From Octopus vulgaris (taxonomy: Eukaryota), in NCBI GenBank assembly GCA_951406725.2, contig OX597816.1, positions 174,654,001 to 174,718,000 of the forward strand: 64,000 nt of DNA, given 5' to 3'. This document shows, piece after piece, positions 1-12,545 of this stretch. The notes below the pieces were generated by a model that ran no database searches, was not told where the DNA came from, and saw nothing but the letters and a program-made list of their open reading frames with translations. A program made the translations under genes and the position numbers. Positions within the stretch are counted from its first letter, which is position 1. Every line of letters starts with the position of its first letter.

Positions 1-715
1 TAACTCCCTATTTTAAAATGCTTATAATTTATTTATTAACTATAATTTTTTTCTCAAATTTGTTGTGTATGTTCTTTAATGTATAGGAATTGATTCCATG
101 CTGTTTATTTTTTCAGATTGATTATTTTGTTTGAAATTTAGAAGCCCTACAAACATGGCTGGATGTTTTACTGTGCAGGAGCGTGCCCAGCTAGCTGCAC
201 ATTACGAAGTTTGGAGATCAGTTGTTCAAGTGCAAAGATGGTGGAGGACCATTAGAGGAAGACATGCTCAAGTTGATGCAAAAAGATAATCAAGAATTGT
301 CATGCAAATTCATGACTACAGGATTTGTAGCTGATACTTGAAGTGGTCGTCCTTCCAATTCATCAAGGTTCGCATGACTGGCTGGCCAGAAGCCCTGATT
401 TAACACCCTGCGACTGTTTTCTTTGGGGTTGGTTAAAAGAGGAAGTCTTCTCTACCAAACCTATGACTTTGAAAGAACTTGAAGGGTGAATACGAGAAGC
501 TATGTCTTTCATTCCACAAGACTTCCTGATGAAATCAGTTGATGTTGTTCCTAGGCAGCGTCAGAAGCTGCTGGTGAATGCTGATGCCTATGTCAAATTT
601 TAAATAAAATTCCATGCTATGCACTTTCTTTACATATTCGTTTTTTTCTAAAAATTATAGTTAATAAATAAATTATAAGTATTTTAAAACAGGGAGTTAC
701 TTTTCAATCACCCTG
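1..715 (+). mobile_element. Internally deleted Tc1/mariner DNA transposon; left TIR cut by the window edge
   Basis: Bases 1-50 are the reverse complement of about 650-699; right end ...aatcaccctg followed by TA. Remnant peptides: N-terminal HTH (FTVQERAQLAAHYEVWRSVVQVQRWW...SGRP) joined to WLARSPDLTPCDCFLWGWLKEEV. Confidence 0.85.
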
Positions 716-937
716 TAGATATAACTGGGGTACTTATGTGTACTCATGACTCTTGCTTATGACTTTCTCCATGCGTGTAGGTTTTTCATTTATTTCTTAT
801 CGTATTTTCTACTGAAAAGGGAAGAATCCATAGGATCAATCCTGAAATTTATTCAATATAGAAATAACGAACTTTTTTATTAAAAAATTCTGTTAGCTAG
901 CTTTCCTCAATTTCAGCAAGACGTGTACTTATAGTGA

Positions 938-1532
938 ATCATCATCATTTAACATCTGCTTCCCATGTTAGCATGGGTTGGACGATTTGACTGAGGTCTG
1001 GCGAACCAGACTCCAATCTGATCTTGCAGAGTTTCTACAGCTGGATGCCCTTCCTAACGCCAACCACTCTGAGAGTGTAGTGGGTGCTTTTACATGTTAC
1101 CGGCACGAGGGCCAGTCAGGTGGTACTGGCAACGGCCATGCTCAAATGGTGCTTTTTATGTGCCACCTGCACAGGAGCCAGTCCAGCGGCACTGGCAGTG
1201 ACCTAGCTTGAATGCTTTTTCATGTGCCCCCAGCACAAGTACTAGTAAGGCGACGCAGGTAATGATCACGCTTGAATGGTGTTTTTAACGTGCCATCCGC
1301 ACGAAGGCCAGCTTGTTGCACTGGTGATGACCTCACTCGTATGGTACTCTTAGTGCTCCACTAGCAACGGATACCAGTCACTGAATTTTATTTCGATTTC
1401 GATTTCACTTGCCTCAACAGGTCTTTGTAAGCAGAGTTTAATGTCCAATGAAGAAAAGGCACGCATAAGTGGACTGGTTACACCCCTGGCATAGGCCATA
1501 AGGTTATGGTCTCACTTGTGCTTGCCCAGCCT
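938..1532 (-). mobile_element. 3' UTR/tail of RTE-clade LINE with (GAT)n tail and internal ~65-70 bp repeats
   Basis: catcatcatttaac...ggatgcccttcctaacgccaacc motif. The same sequence is contiguous with RT C-terminal coding sequence at 36734-37700. Confidence 0.75.
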
Positions 1533-1676
1533 TGAATATATAATGAAATGTGGAAATTGACAATTTAAAGTCTGTTCTCAGCATATTGGCATAGAAATAA
1601 TTTTTCTTTTGCCCTTGTTTATAATTTTAACCTTTAAAGGTATTTTATGCTGCCACTTCTGATGAAATTTTTTTAT

Positions 1677-1679
<3 letters not shown>

Positions 1680-1754
<75 letters not shown>

Positions 1755-1774
1755 AATATGTATGTGTGTGTATG

Positions 1775-1865
<91 letters not shown>

Positions 1866-1888
1866 ATATATATCGATATATATATATA
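1680..1888. repeat. Compound (TG)n/(TA)n microsatellite
   Basis: Directly visible; source of the VCVC/YIYI ORFs. Confidence 0.97.
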
Positions 1889-2055
1889 GGTGCAGGAGTG
1901 GCTGTGTGGTAAGTAGCTTGCTAACCAACCACATGGTTCCGTGTTCAGTCCCACTGCGTGGCATCTTGGGCAAGCGTCTTCTGCTATAGCCCCGGGCCGA
2001 CCAATGCCTTGTGAGTGATTTTGATAAACGGAAACTGAAAGAAGCCTGTCGTATA

Positions 2056-2090
<35 letters not shown>

Positions 2091-2305
2091 GTTTGTGTGT
2101 GTGTTTGTTCCCCTAGCATTGCTTGACAACCGATGCTGGTGTGTTTACGTCCCCGTCACTTAGCGGTTCGGCAAAAGGAGACCGATAGAATAAGTACTGG
2201 ACTTACAAAAAGAATAAGTCCCAGGGTCGAGTTGCTTGACTAAAGGCGGTGCTCCAGCATGGCCGCAGTCAAATGACTTAAACAAGTAAAAGAGTAAAGA
2301 GAGAG
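1889..2305 (+). mobile_element. tRNA-derived SINE family A, full length, with internal TA/TG microsatellite
   Basis: A-box-like tggctgtgtgg, B-box-like gttcagtccc, cttgggcaag core and (aagagt)n tail; near-identical copies elsewhere in the window. Confidence 0.85.
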
Positions 2306-2310
2306 TGATA

Positions 2311-2355
<45 letters not shown>

Positions 2356-2359
2356 ATAT

Positions 2360-2560
2360 ATCATCATCATCATCGTTTAGCATCCGCTTTCCATGCTAGC
2401 ATGGGTTGGACGGTTCAACTGGGGTCTGGGAGGCCAGAAGGCTGCACCAGACTCCAATCTGATCTGGCAATGTTTCTACGGCTGGATACCCTTCCTAACG
2501 CCAACCACTCCGTGAGTGTAGTGGGTGCCTTTTACGTGCCAGACGGGGCTGGCAAACGGC
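2360..2560 (-). mobile_element. RTE 3'-tail fragment
   Basis: (CAT)n tail plus the same body as 30780 and 23428. Confidence 0.8.
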
Positions 2561-3185
2561 CATACTTTAAACATACATGTATACTTGTAACATGTGTACA
2601 TCCACATGATCACAAAATCATGGTTTCAATTCATGTACCAGGCAGTGTGTTATGTTCTTGAGCAAAAGATTTCATCTTGTCGTTCTACAATCACTTCGAT
2701 ATCGGATATGTGGCCGCTCATGCGTCTGTACAAGCAATGTCAGTAAGGAGAGATAGAGATAGCTCATGTACTGCACAAACATTTGATCGAGGTAAACAAA
2801 TAATCTGAGCAGATTGTTCAGCAAGAGATTGCAGAACCATCTTTCTCAGACTCAGGAAAGTACTGAGAGCAATATCTTCATGTACAGACATATTTGCATA
2901 TCACACAGTGACAATGAACTGATACACTTCTAGATTCCCCATGTCTGAATGCACCCATTATGATCTACTTAAAACAGCAAATTATTGGCAACACAGAAAT
3001 GAGAAAAAAAAGCACACAAGCTATGACCTTCTATAAAAATTAGTATTTGTTTAAAGTTTGTACAGGTTCTCCTTCATTTTATAGTGTTCATTTTTTCTCA
3101 TTTACAGTATGCAAGTACGTAATAGAAAGCAGAAAAAAATAATAATAATACTTAGAAGTGAAGATCAAAAGCTATTGTATGGAAG

Positions 3186-3241
<56 letters not shown>

Positions 3242-3887
3242 GTGTGTGTATATATATATATGTGTGTGTGTGTGTATATATATATATATTTAAAGATTTA
3301 AGAGAAAAAATAAGCGAGATATATCATGATTAAATGTTTATTATAAACACACTATACGAATGTTTATCATCTTCATCTAATTCTAATGTTACTAAGTTTT
3401 AGAACCATTCAAATAGTAGATACAATAACAACAGCAAATTAAGAAAAAACTGATATTTCACTTCCATATTTGGCTATACAGGAAATGAATGATTAAAGTA
3501 TTAAAGCAATCAACTACATGTTTCTTATTGCTGATTTTTCAGTCACCTTATTAATCTCAATTTCACAGTACACATTCACACCATCTTTGAGCTTCAGATA
3601 TCTATCTTCTACATCACTCAATTACACGAGTCATTCAACTGTTCTATATAGGAGACTGCCAGTACTATCAACTTGACAGAAATACCCCATGTTCTTCTTA
3701 CTACTAAAATCTCTAAGTACAATACTACCATGGTAGTCAAATCAAAGCCCTTAGAAAATACTTTTCTATCCTAAGTCAATATCCGAGTGTCTCAAATTTG
3801 AAAATATCCAATACCCAATATGGAAAAATACTAAGTCTACTGGACTTAAGTTTGTAAATCAATAGAAATTATCAATTAGTTTAAATA

Positions 3888-4122
3888 CAGAGTGGCTCAG
3901 AAGTAGGTTTAGAGTTATTAAACTATCACTTTTGCATTCATATATTAGCAGTTTAGATTTCAATTATAAAAAAATACAAAACCATTATTCTATGCTAATT
4001 TAGTCAATTTTGTCAAGCTCCCTTTTCAGTTTGTAAGATAGAAATTTTAATGTAATAAAATGTTTTAAAAGAAATTTAAAGTGCCTAAGTGATAACTGTA
4101 AACCTACTTTTGGATCACCCTG
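3888..4122. mobile_element. Tc1/mariner-type MITE (~235 bp)
   Basis: Imperfect TIRs cagagtggctcagaagtaggtttagagttat / ataactgtaaacctacttttggatcaccctg; TA on the left, CA on the right. Confidence 0.7.
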
Positions 4123-4213
4123 CATAGTTTCTTAGCTGGAAAAATATCAGATACACACATTTTGGTTCACTTAAATGAATGATACCTTTCTTTCAATGTT
4201 TGTTGAAAAATTT

Positions 4214-4608
4214 GAGTGGCTGTGTGGTAAGTAGCTTGTTTACCAGCCACATGGTTCCGGGTTCAGTCCCACTGCGTGGCACCTTGGGCAGGTGTCTTCT
4301 ACTATAGCCTCGGGCCGACCAAAGCCTTGTGAGTGGATTTGGTAGACGGAAACTGAAATAAGCCCGTCGTATATATTTATATATATATATATGTGTGTTT
4401 GTGTGTCTGTGTTTGTCCCCCTAGCATTGCTTGACAACCGATGCTGGTGTGTTTATGTCCCCGTTACTTAGCGGTTCGGCAAAAGAGACCGATAGAATAA
4501 GTACTGGGCTTACAAAAGAATAAGTCCCGGGGTCGAGTTGCTCGATTAAAGGCGGTGCTCCAGCATGGCCACAGTCAAATGACTGAAACAAGTAAAAGAG
4601 TAAAGAGT
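4214..4608 (+). mobile_element. SINE family A copy
   Basis: Near-identical to 1889-2305. Confidence 0.85.
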
Positions 4609-6298
4609 ATTTATATCACTGTTATACTGAAGTACCTAAATTTTCAAATAATCCAATTAATTTTTAATTGAGCAATAAAATGATTTATGCTGAATGAATC
4701 AATGAGAGAGAGAGAGAGAGAGAGAAAATTTAAATAGAAACACACACACACATCTTAGATAGAAATATAAACCATTTAGTAAAATGTCAGCTAAGAATAA
4801 ATTCCAGTAAAAAGTATGTTGCAATAAACAAGAAATATACACTATGAGCTAATATCATTATAATTCTCACAGAGTGTCAGCTACTATAATGCCTTAACTG
4901 ACATATTAACACTAAAAAAATTTGAAGCTCTTTTTAAACAATGTATTTCACAAATTCATACACCTATCCATCTGTTTCAATCTGCTTTCAACTTCAGTTC
5001 ATTCAACCAATAAGGGTCAAATGCATTAAGCTACCACTAATCTCACTCCAGTAAACTAACTACAATCACTATCAACAACTATTTCCCTGTCATAAACTAC
5101 ATTTCTATAGAACTCTCTATAATCATGTCATGATATTAAAGTATAGAACTAATACAAATCCTATCTATTCCAATTCCCACTATAAGAAGAAGCTCCCTTC
5201 TTTAGTCCAAGATAACACACATATCTTCTTAATTTGCTAAACTGTAAATATAATTGAAGAAGCTGAACTAGACATTTACAAAACCAATAGTAAAAAAATA
5301 TAAGGTCTTTAGTAATTAAAACTTTTAGGGATAACTCTTAGGCACTAAAAGCCAGTCTTTTCACAGAAACAATGATGGGTGTCATAATGTATGATATCCA
5401 TTAGTACATTAACTGCAGGACACTTCTGTGTTTGTATCCAGGTTTAGCATAAATGTAGTTGTGAAAAAGAGAAAATCTAGATACTATGAGAAGAGGATGA
5501 GGTAATGGAAGATAGTGCTAAAGAGAATATACAATATAGTATTGCTAGGAAGATCAAGAGAATTCAGAGAGAGAGAGGGAGGGAAAACACTAATCTGACA
5601 TATTCATTTGTTTGCTCTAATGTGTTTTTCCATGCTAGCATGGGTAAAATGGGAATTTTTTTTGCAGCAGGATTTTATAACCATATGCTTCTTGTCAGCA
5701 ACCCTTATCAGTTCTCCAAGCGAGAAAACTTTTATTTCATGGGGTTCTGAAAATACAGAGTGACTGGTCATGATGTCAACAAAGAATATGACAAGCAAAA
5801 TTGGGGGATATCAATATTCACACACACAGATTTGTGGTATGTATATATACATGCACACATATATATACATACAAAAAAAACTTTCTACATACCAAATTCA
5901 CTCACAAGGCATTGATTGGCCTGTGTTTATTTAGAAGACACTTACCCAGGGTGCTGTGCAGTGGGACTGAACCTAAAAGCACATGGTTGTAAAGCCAACT
6001 TCTGAAACACACTACCATGTGTCTATGCACACACAGATTATATGAGCATTTATCTCCCATGACTGTCCTAGAAAGGGACATGTTAACAAACAAAGATAAA
6101 GAAAAAGTAAGAAAAAAGAAAAAATGTATTTCAGTGACCAATTTCATTTCTGTACATTTTAGTGATTTCAATAAGACAGAAATTTTTGAAGTGTACTGGG
6201 ATAAACGTGAGGAGGGTTTCTTTGGTGGTGGTGATAGGGAGGATTTTTGAGTCTGAGAAAAAGAGATAATGTGCATAACAGTGGTAAACATTTATATA

Positions 6299-8142
6299 TC
6301 TATAATATAAATCCCATTCTGTCTGTGTATGTGTGTGTAAAAGATTGTAATGGTCGTATTTTTCAACTGATTTCCTTCAAGCTGGGAACATACATTACTC
6401 ATGTTCCAGGGATGGTTTTAGACTCTTAAAATTTTTCACATAATGAATAATGGGTCTCCTGGGGGCAGAAAATACCCGTTCCTGGGTTACATGGAGAAGA
6501 GAGGTAACTCTTTGCAAAGTAATTTTCAGAAATTGATTGTCTTCCCTACATCCATTGGTCATAAAATTGCTTATTATTCACATCTTTGAAAGTCATTTTT
6601 AAATATTTACTTTCAGTTTTCTAGCGTCAGTGACATCCATATCTCTCTATATCTACCTATCTGTCTGTATCTTATTTGTCTAACTAGCTAGCTCTCTCTA
6701 TATCTCACCAACTCTCTATTGTTTTCACTTGCTATTTACAAACAACAACGACAAATTACTGACAGAAAGAAGTTCACAATTACTGATGAAAGTAATTTCA
6801 TACATAATTTACAAACAGAAGTAACTTCATAAATATGACTTCAATCTGTACACTTTGTCAAATTTGCCAACAAATTTCTTATTTACTTTTGCAATGTTTT
6901 GTGTTTTTTGTTGTTGACAGAATTACTGAAAAGTTCATAATTTACTGACAGTAGTAACTTCAAAAATTTCACTTAAATCCATACACTTAGTTAATTTCCC
7001 TAAAAATTTCTTAGTTATTTTTGCAACAGTTTTGTGTTTTTCTGTCATTAATAGCTTTTTTCTGGTTCCTTCGATACTGGTTCTTTGGTTCACTGACAAA
7101 TTTCACTTCAACCTGTACAATACTTTATTTTCCATAAAAATTTCTTATTTACTTTCTGCCCGTTGTATTAAGAAATATAATTTCCGTTACTAAGTTATTT
7201 TCATTGTTTACTATCTTATGTACCCGTGTATTTCTGCATACGTATATAACCATGCCTAGAAGGAAAGTGTCAAATTTGTCTACAATGTCAAGGTCAGTCA
7301 AAAGAATGTCTCTGTCCAGGGAAAGAGAGCTGCAGAAAGGGAAACATACCAAGAAACGAACAAGATTTGTGCCTTACAAAAGCCAGAGCATTTCAAAGTG
7401 ATGAACAGAGGTATGCATGGCTGACAAGGAATAGGATCTCCACTGATGAACGAAGAGCAGTTGCAACAGCTCAGAGAAGCAACTTTCAATTGTAATCCAG
7501 CAGAACATTAAGGAGACGACACTAGAGTTTCTGTTGGTGCAATGACAACTGAGTGCATACATTGTAAAGCAAGGATGTGACCTGGAGAGACACCTGCACT
7601 GTGCTGCAGTGGTGGAAAGGTTAAAATCCCTGCAATCCCCGAACCTGCAGAGACATTGAAGAAACTTGTCATCAACTGACCAAGATTCCAAGCACTTCTA
7701 AAACAAAATCAGACAATACAACACTGCTCTACAGATGACATCATTTGTAGCCACAAGAGATTTAACTGAGTCAGGATTCATGCAAACTATCAAGGTCTGA
7801 GGTCAGATTTATCATCACATTGGCTCTTTACTACCTCTGTCAAATGAATCCCCCAAATCGGCCTTTCTTTGTTTATAATCTGTACCTGTTTCTTGGTAAT
7901 GAAATAAGCTACACAAAACATGTTTCTGAATTACATGTATTTACTTTATATACATATATGAGTTGGAACTTTCTTTTAACATTTCACTTAACGTCTATGC
8001 TTCATGCTGGCATGGGTTGGAGAGTTATTAATATAGAAAGTTTGTTTCTCAGCTACTAGCAGTTGAGACCTGCATAGTCTAGACGGCATTTTAAAATTTC
8101 CTTATTTTCTTTAACCTGGGCAACACCAGGTATTTCTGCCAG
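6299..8142 (+). mobile_element. Internally deleted Helitron with Rep N-terminal remnant
   Basis: 5' A|TCTATAATATAAA start; 3' hairpin cctgggcaacaccagg then ctgccag|T (degenerate CTAG). Decayed peptides at 7540-7840: CIHCKA...CCSGGKVKIP, IRQYNTALQMTSF, GFMQTIKV*GQIYHHIGSLLP, typical of Helitron Rep. Confidence 0.8.
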
Positions 8143-8544
8143 TGTGTATGTATATATATATATAACTAGACCATCATTTTAACATCCACATTCCATGCTC
8201 ACATGGGCCAAACAAAATTTACTGAGGCAGATAGGCAAATTTTCTATGGCTGGATGTCCTTCCCGCCACCAATCCTTATTTGTTTTTCCCTCAGCCAAAC
8301 ATGTTTCTGCAGAATATTGGAAATAACTGACACTGCTTGCATGAAAGTGATGCTCATTGACAATTACATGCAAGACAAGGAGACCCAAATATACACACAC
8401 ACTCATACATATATTCTTTATAATGCAAGCAGTATCTTTTGTTTCCAATATTGTGATAACACATCTGGTCATAGGGAAAATATTATCTTACCTAGAAACA
8501 AATTTTGTCTGACCCAAGCAAGAAAAAAGTGGACATTTTAACAA

Positions 8545-8590
<46 letters not shown>

Positions 8591-8599
8591 CCATACTCC

Positions 8600-9460
8600 A
8601 CAACAGAAGTGTTAAGGCCATTCCTGATGAGTATTGGTTTGCAAGAGCCCTGTGCTAGTGCCATGCAAAAGTACCCAGCACACTCTGTAAAGTGGTTGGC
8701 ATTAGGAAGAGTATCCGACTATAGAAACCATGCCAAATCAGATTGGAGCCTGGTGCAGCTTCTCAGCTCTGGTCAAACTGTTCAACTGATGCCAGCATGA
8801 ACAATGGATGTTAAATGGTGATGATGACAATGATACATATTGATTATAAATATAATATCTACATACACTGACATTACAACATCATTATTTAAAGTTCGTT
8901 TTCCATGCTGGTATGGATTGGATGGTTTGGCAGGAGCTGCACCATGCTCTATTGTATGTTTTGGCATGGTTTCTATGATTCAATGCCCTTCCTAATGCCA
9001 ACCACTTCACGGCATGTACTGGGTGCATTTATCTTGCACCATCATCAGTATTTTTACATGGCATCATCAATGCTATCAACTCTGCTGTGGTGGATAGGTT
9101 TTCTTGAATACAGCTATGTGTCAGATGCCTCAGTCTTTTGTCATCTCCTTCATAAGGCTGAGTGTCTTGAATCAGCTTCCAGTACTTTGTTCCATGTTCT
9201 CCTGTATCTTCCCCTTCCAAGCGTTCCTGCCACTTTTAGCAATCTGCACTTCTGTAGCAACTGTCTACATTCGTGTGCATAACATGACCAAACTAGCACA
9301 ATCTTCTCTCTTGTACAATACATCTAATTTCTCTAAAGCCTAACTTTTCTTTCCACAGACTAGCACTCTGTTGCACATGTACACTACACATCCAGCTGAG
9401 CATACTAATTTCATTCCTCTCTAGCCTACACATGTCCTCTGCATTCAGGGTCTCCATCTC
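8600..9460. mobile_element. Two old RTE 3' fragments, tail to tail (about 8600-8828 plus, 8878-9460 minus)
   Basis: Degenerate gtggttggcattaggaag motif on both strands; minus-strand peptide RLERNEISMLSWMC...IVQERRL resembles the RTE RT C-terminus. Confidence 0.65.
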
Positions 9461-9558
9461 ACCAGCTTGTATCATTGCTGTTTGTATATGCAAACACACA
9501 CATACACACAAACATAAACATACATATCTACACACAACACATATATCTATACATATTA

Positions 9559-10050
9559 CAGGGTCTTTGACTAAAGTTGACATTTTTGCAAAAAAAAAAA
9601 AAAAAAAAAAGGAAGAGAAAATAAAAAATAAAAAATATTAACTATATTATAGCTAGGAGATAACAGTTTCCTCAAGGTAGTTGCCCTCAGCGTCCACCAA
9701 GGCCTCAAGATGGATCTGCAACCTAGCACATGCATTCTTCACAGTGTCCTTGAGAAGATCCTAAAAAATCCTCCTTGGCTCACCAGCATGGTTGGTATCT
9801 TTCTCAACTACCCCAGACATAGAAATCCATGGGATTACAAATGGGGTGATTAGGAGGCCAGAGGTAATTTAGGAGGCTAGTGAAGTTGTAGAAATTCTCA
9901 AACACTTCTGACTCTTTCTGAAAGTATGGCAAAGAGCTGAATTCTGCTACCACACATATGGCCTTCCAGTAACAACCCCTTCTGGCCAAGATTTGACCAC
10001 AATCTCCAGCAACTTCACATAACTCTGAACTGAAGCCATTTTCAGGGGAT
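9559..10050 (-). mobile_element. Tc1/mariner transposase C-terminal relic with TIR
   Basis: TA|cagggtctttgac end; peptide WPPNHPICNPMDFYVWG resembles the WPPxSPDxNPxD motif. Confidence 0.7.
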
Positions 10051-11377
10051 GAAAATTGATATTTAAGAGTAGTTTATATAGTTTCAACTTAGTGATAAAA
10101 TGTGATTCTGGTTCAAAAACTGGAAAAACACAATTTTTCACTTTGTCCTGTTTTTGACCTCACTTGCACAAGTAATCAGACATAGAGATCAGAGGCTGGT
10201 AGTAAAATGGTACTTCAGTAGTGGATTATTTGCATGTAAGTAGGTGTAGGTTTTGTAAATACAAATAGGGGAAATAAAAGTCAAAACATGAGTAAATTAT
10301 TTTTAATGGAAAAAGGATGTTAAAATGATGAAATAATAATGATGATGATGATATATACATATAATAACACCTCATTAAACTTGGCTTCACATTACATTTC
10401 ATGGATGCAGGGCATGTCCACCTTGTCAGATATTCAGACACAGAGTTTGTCTCTGACACTTATATTAAATACATGTAACTCCAACCACATAGACTGAGTG
10501 TTACTTTCTTTTGCTTGTTAACTGGTGTGTACATAAATGCATGCATGCACATAGATGTATCAACAGAAACTGTTTGAAATGCAATAGTGAAACTATTAAT
10601 GTATGGCTCATTAATGTATGGATGTGATAATTACTTAATCAGGTTATTTCTGGTCTTGATGCCTACAAAATAGTTATCAGTAATTACAGTATAATATGAC
10701 AGACATTGGATTCCACAGTTAAAGATCAAGTATACTGATAGCTATCCTTCTCTCATACTAAGAAGGCAAGCACTAATAAAGATGAATGGGTGTTTTTCTG
10801 GTATACAGGAATGAACAGCTGATAGCTGATAGCTTAGAATATGAACTATTATGCACTGTAAAAGATCATAATTCCAAGAACTATAAATCAATATTCAGAA
10901 AAATGTATTGTGTAAAATAGATGTCAAACATGGCTTTACATTCAAATAAAATTCAAGCAGATATAACTTTTCCCTAGAAGTATTAAAATTGAATATTTAA
11001 TCAGGAATAATGTCATCAAGAAGAATGTCTATCAATAATTACAGTTATTACACTAATCTATGTCAGCCACTTCCAATCATAATAGAAAAATAATATATTA
11101 AATTGTTAATTTCTTCTGAGTAATAAAATGAATAAACAGTGGAGTACGGGATTTGGCAACTAGAATAGCATTTTATTTTTCTGGAATGACAGCTAAACTC
11201 CCCCCAGGCAACAAGAATTAAATGTGTGTTCAGGTAAAGAATTTATATTCTTTATATAGTGAAGAAATGGTTTTGATGAGGAAAAAATTATAAAACAAAA
11301 ACAAAAAGCGTCACAGTTATTGATTGGCAAGGATTTCTAATAATCCAAGTCAACATCAACTTTATAGTAATACTTAC

Positions 11378-11516
11378 ATTTTGGATTCTGATTAGCCAAG
11401 CCTTTGACTAGAGGGTTGCTCATCATTGAAGGGTTTGGAAATACCGGATCAGGCAACAAACCCGATTTGATGCTGTTCAATACTGCTCCAGCTTGAAATG
11501 GGGAGGCCACCTTCTC
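11378..11516 (-). CDS. RAVER1: Raver-like coding exon 6 (139 nt; post-RRM Leu/Pro-rich region)
   Basis: cttcag|GAG gives EKVASPFQAGAVLNSIKSGLLPDPVFPNPSMMSNPLVKGLANQNPK; KSGLLPDP matches Raver GKGLLPEP. Donor AAAT|gtaagt, phase 0/1. The next exon was not identified in the window. Confidence 0.85.
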
Positions 11517-12359
11517 CTGAAGTCCAAACAAACAAACATTGACAGCACACACAGCAGGCACATCACACAGTATCACAAACAGAACAAGATAGGGACTAAT
11601 AAGAAAGAACAGTTTGGGTTTTCACAAGTATGCACACATTTAAACAGCAAACAAGGTATAAACTGAAAAAAAAACAAGAAGTGTGTAATGAAGTGAATAA
11701 TTCAATTTAAAGAATGTTTTAATATTGAAGATATTTGAGATCTATTAAGTATCTACAAAACACACTTAGAGCAGGATATGAAACTCATGATCTACTATAA
11801 ACTAGGAGCCCAGCACCTTCTCCTTTTGATTACTGAACTTGCAACAGTCTGATAAATGTTCAAACTTGTATGGATGTGCGTGCATCCATGCACACAAACA
11901 CACAAATCTGAAATCGGAAGTTGTAAATTTACAGCGTAAATACAAATGTACATATTGTCTCCCTTTATTTCCATTTAAAATGTATACAATTTCACATTAT
12001 TGGGAAAATTTAATCAAAAAAATTTGTCTTAGCAGAATTTTAACACATTAATTCTGCTATCATGGTGAAATTAAAACTTAGCCACTGATAAAACAAATAT
12101 CAATAACATTCAATGGACTGTAATTACTCCCTTTGATAGATGAATACTCAATTAGTTGAACCTGTCACCTGGTTTCAATAAATAGTTGAAACTATTTTGT
12201 ATTATTTATAATTGTTAAAGCCTATTGCAATAAATTTCCCATTTCCAAACCATTTTGTATCACAATTTCTAAAACCTATTTGCTGTAAATTTCCCTTAAG
12301 AGTCACAAATTTTGCTTCATAACTTATAAAGTAACCATTGTTATAACAATTATATTTAA

Positions 12360-12545
12360 TAAGGCCGTGAGCTGGCAGAAATGTTAGCACGCCATGTGAA
12401 ATGCTTAGTGGTATTTCGTCTGTCTTTACGTTCTGAGTTTAAACTCTTCCAAGGTCGTCTTTGCCTTTCATCCTTCAAGGGTCAAAAAATTAAGTACCAG
12501 TTGTAAACTGGGGTCGATCTAATCGACTGCCCCCAACCCCACCCC
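12360..12545 (+). mobile_element. SINE family C (central domain gcctttcatcctttcggggtcgataaa, Meta-SINE-like), decayed copy
   Basis: Homologous to copies at 55190 and 59447. Confidence 0.7.

Noticed and set aside
1578-2129. Long ORFs rich in HT/YI/VC (also at 21013-21343 and 59856-60274)
   Set aside because: Translations of microsatellites and SINEs, not genes.
11445-11465. SGLLPDP as a PTB-binding PRI motif
   Set aside because: It lacks the Gly of [S/G][I/L]LGxxP and aligns with the GLLPEP segment that follows RRM3.
11517-11597. Alternative upstream acceptor for exon 6 (ttattag at 11597-11596)
   Set aside because: It would add 79 nt with an in-frame stop; only the motif supports it.
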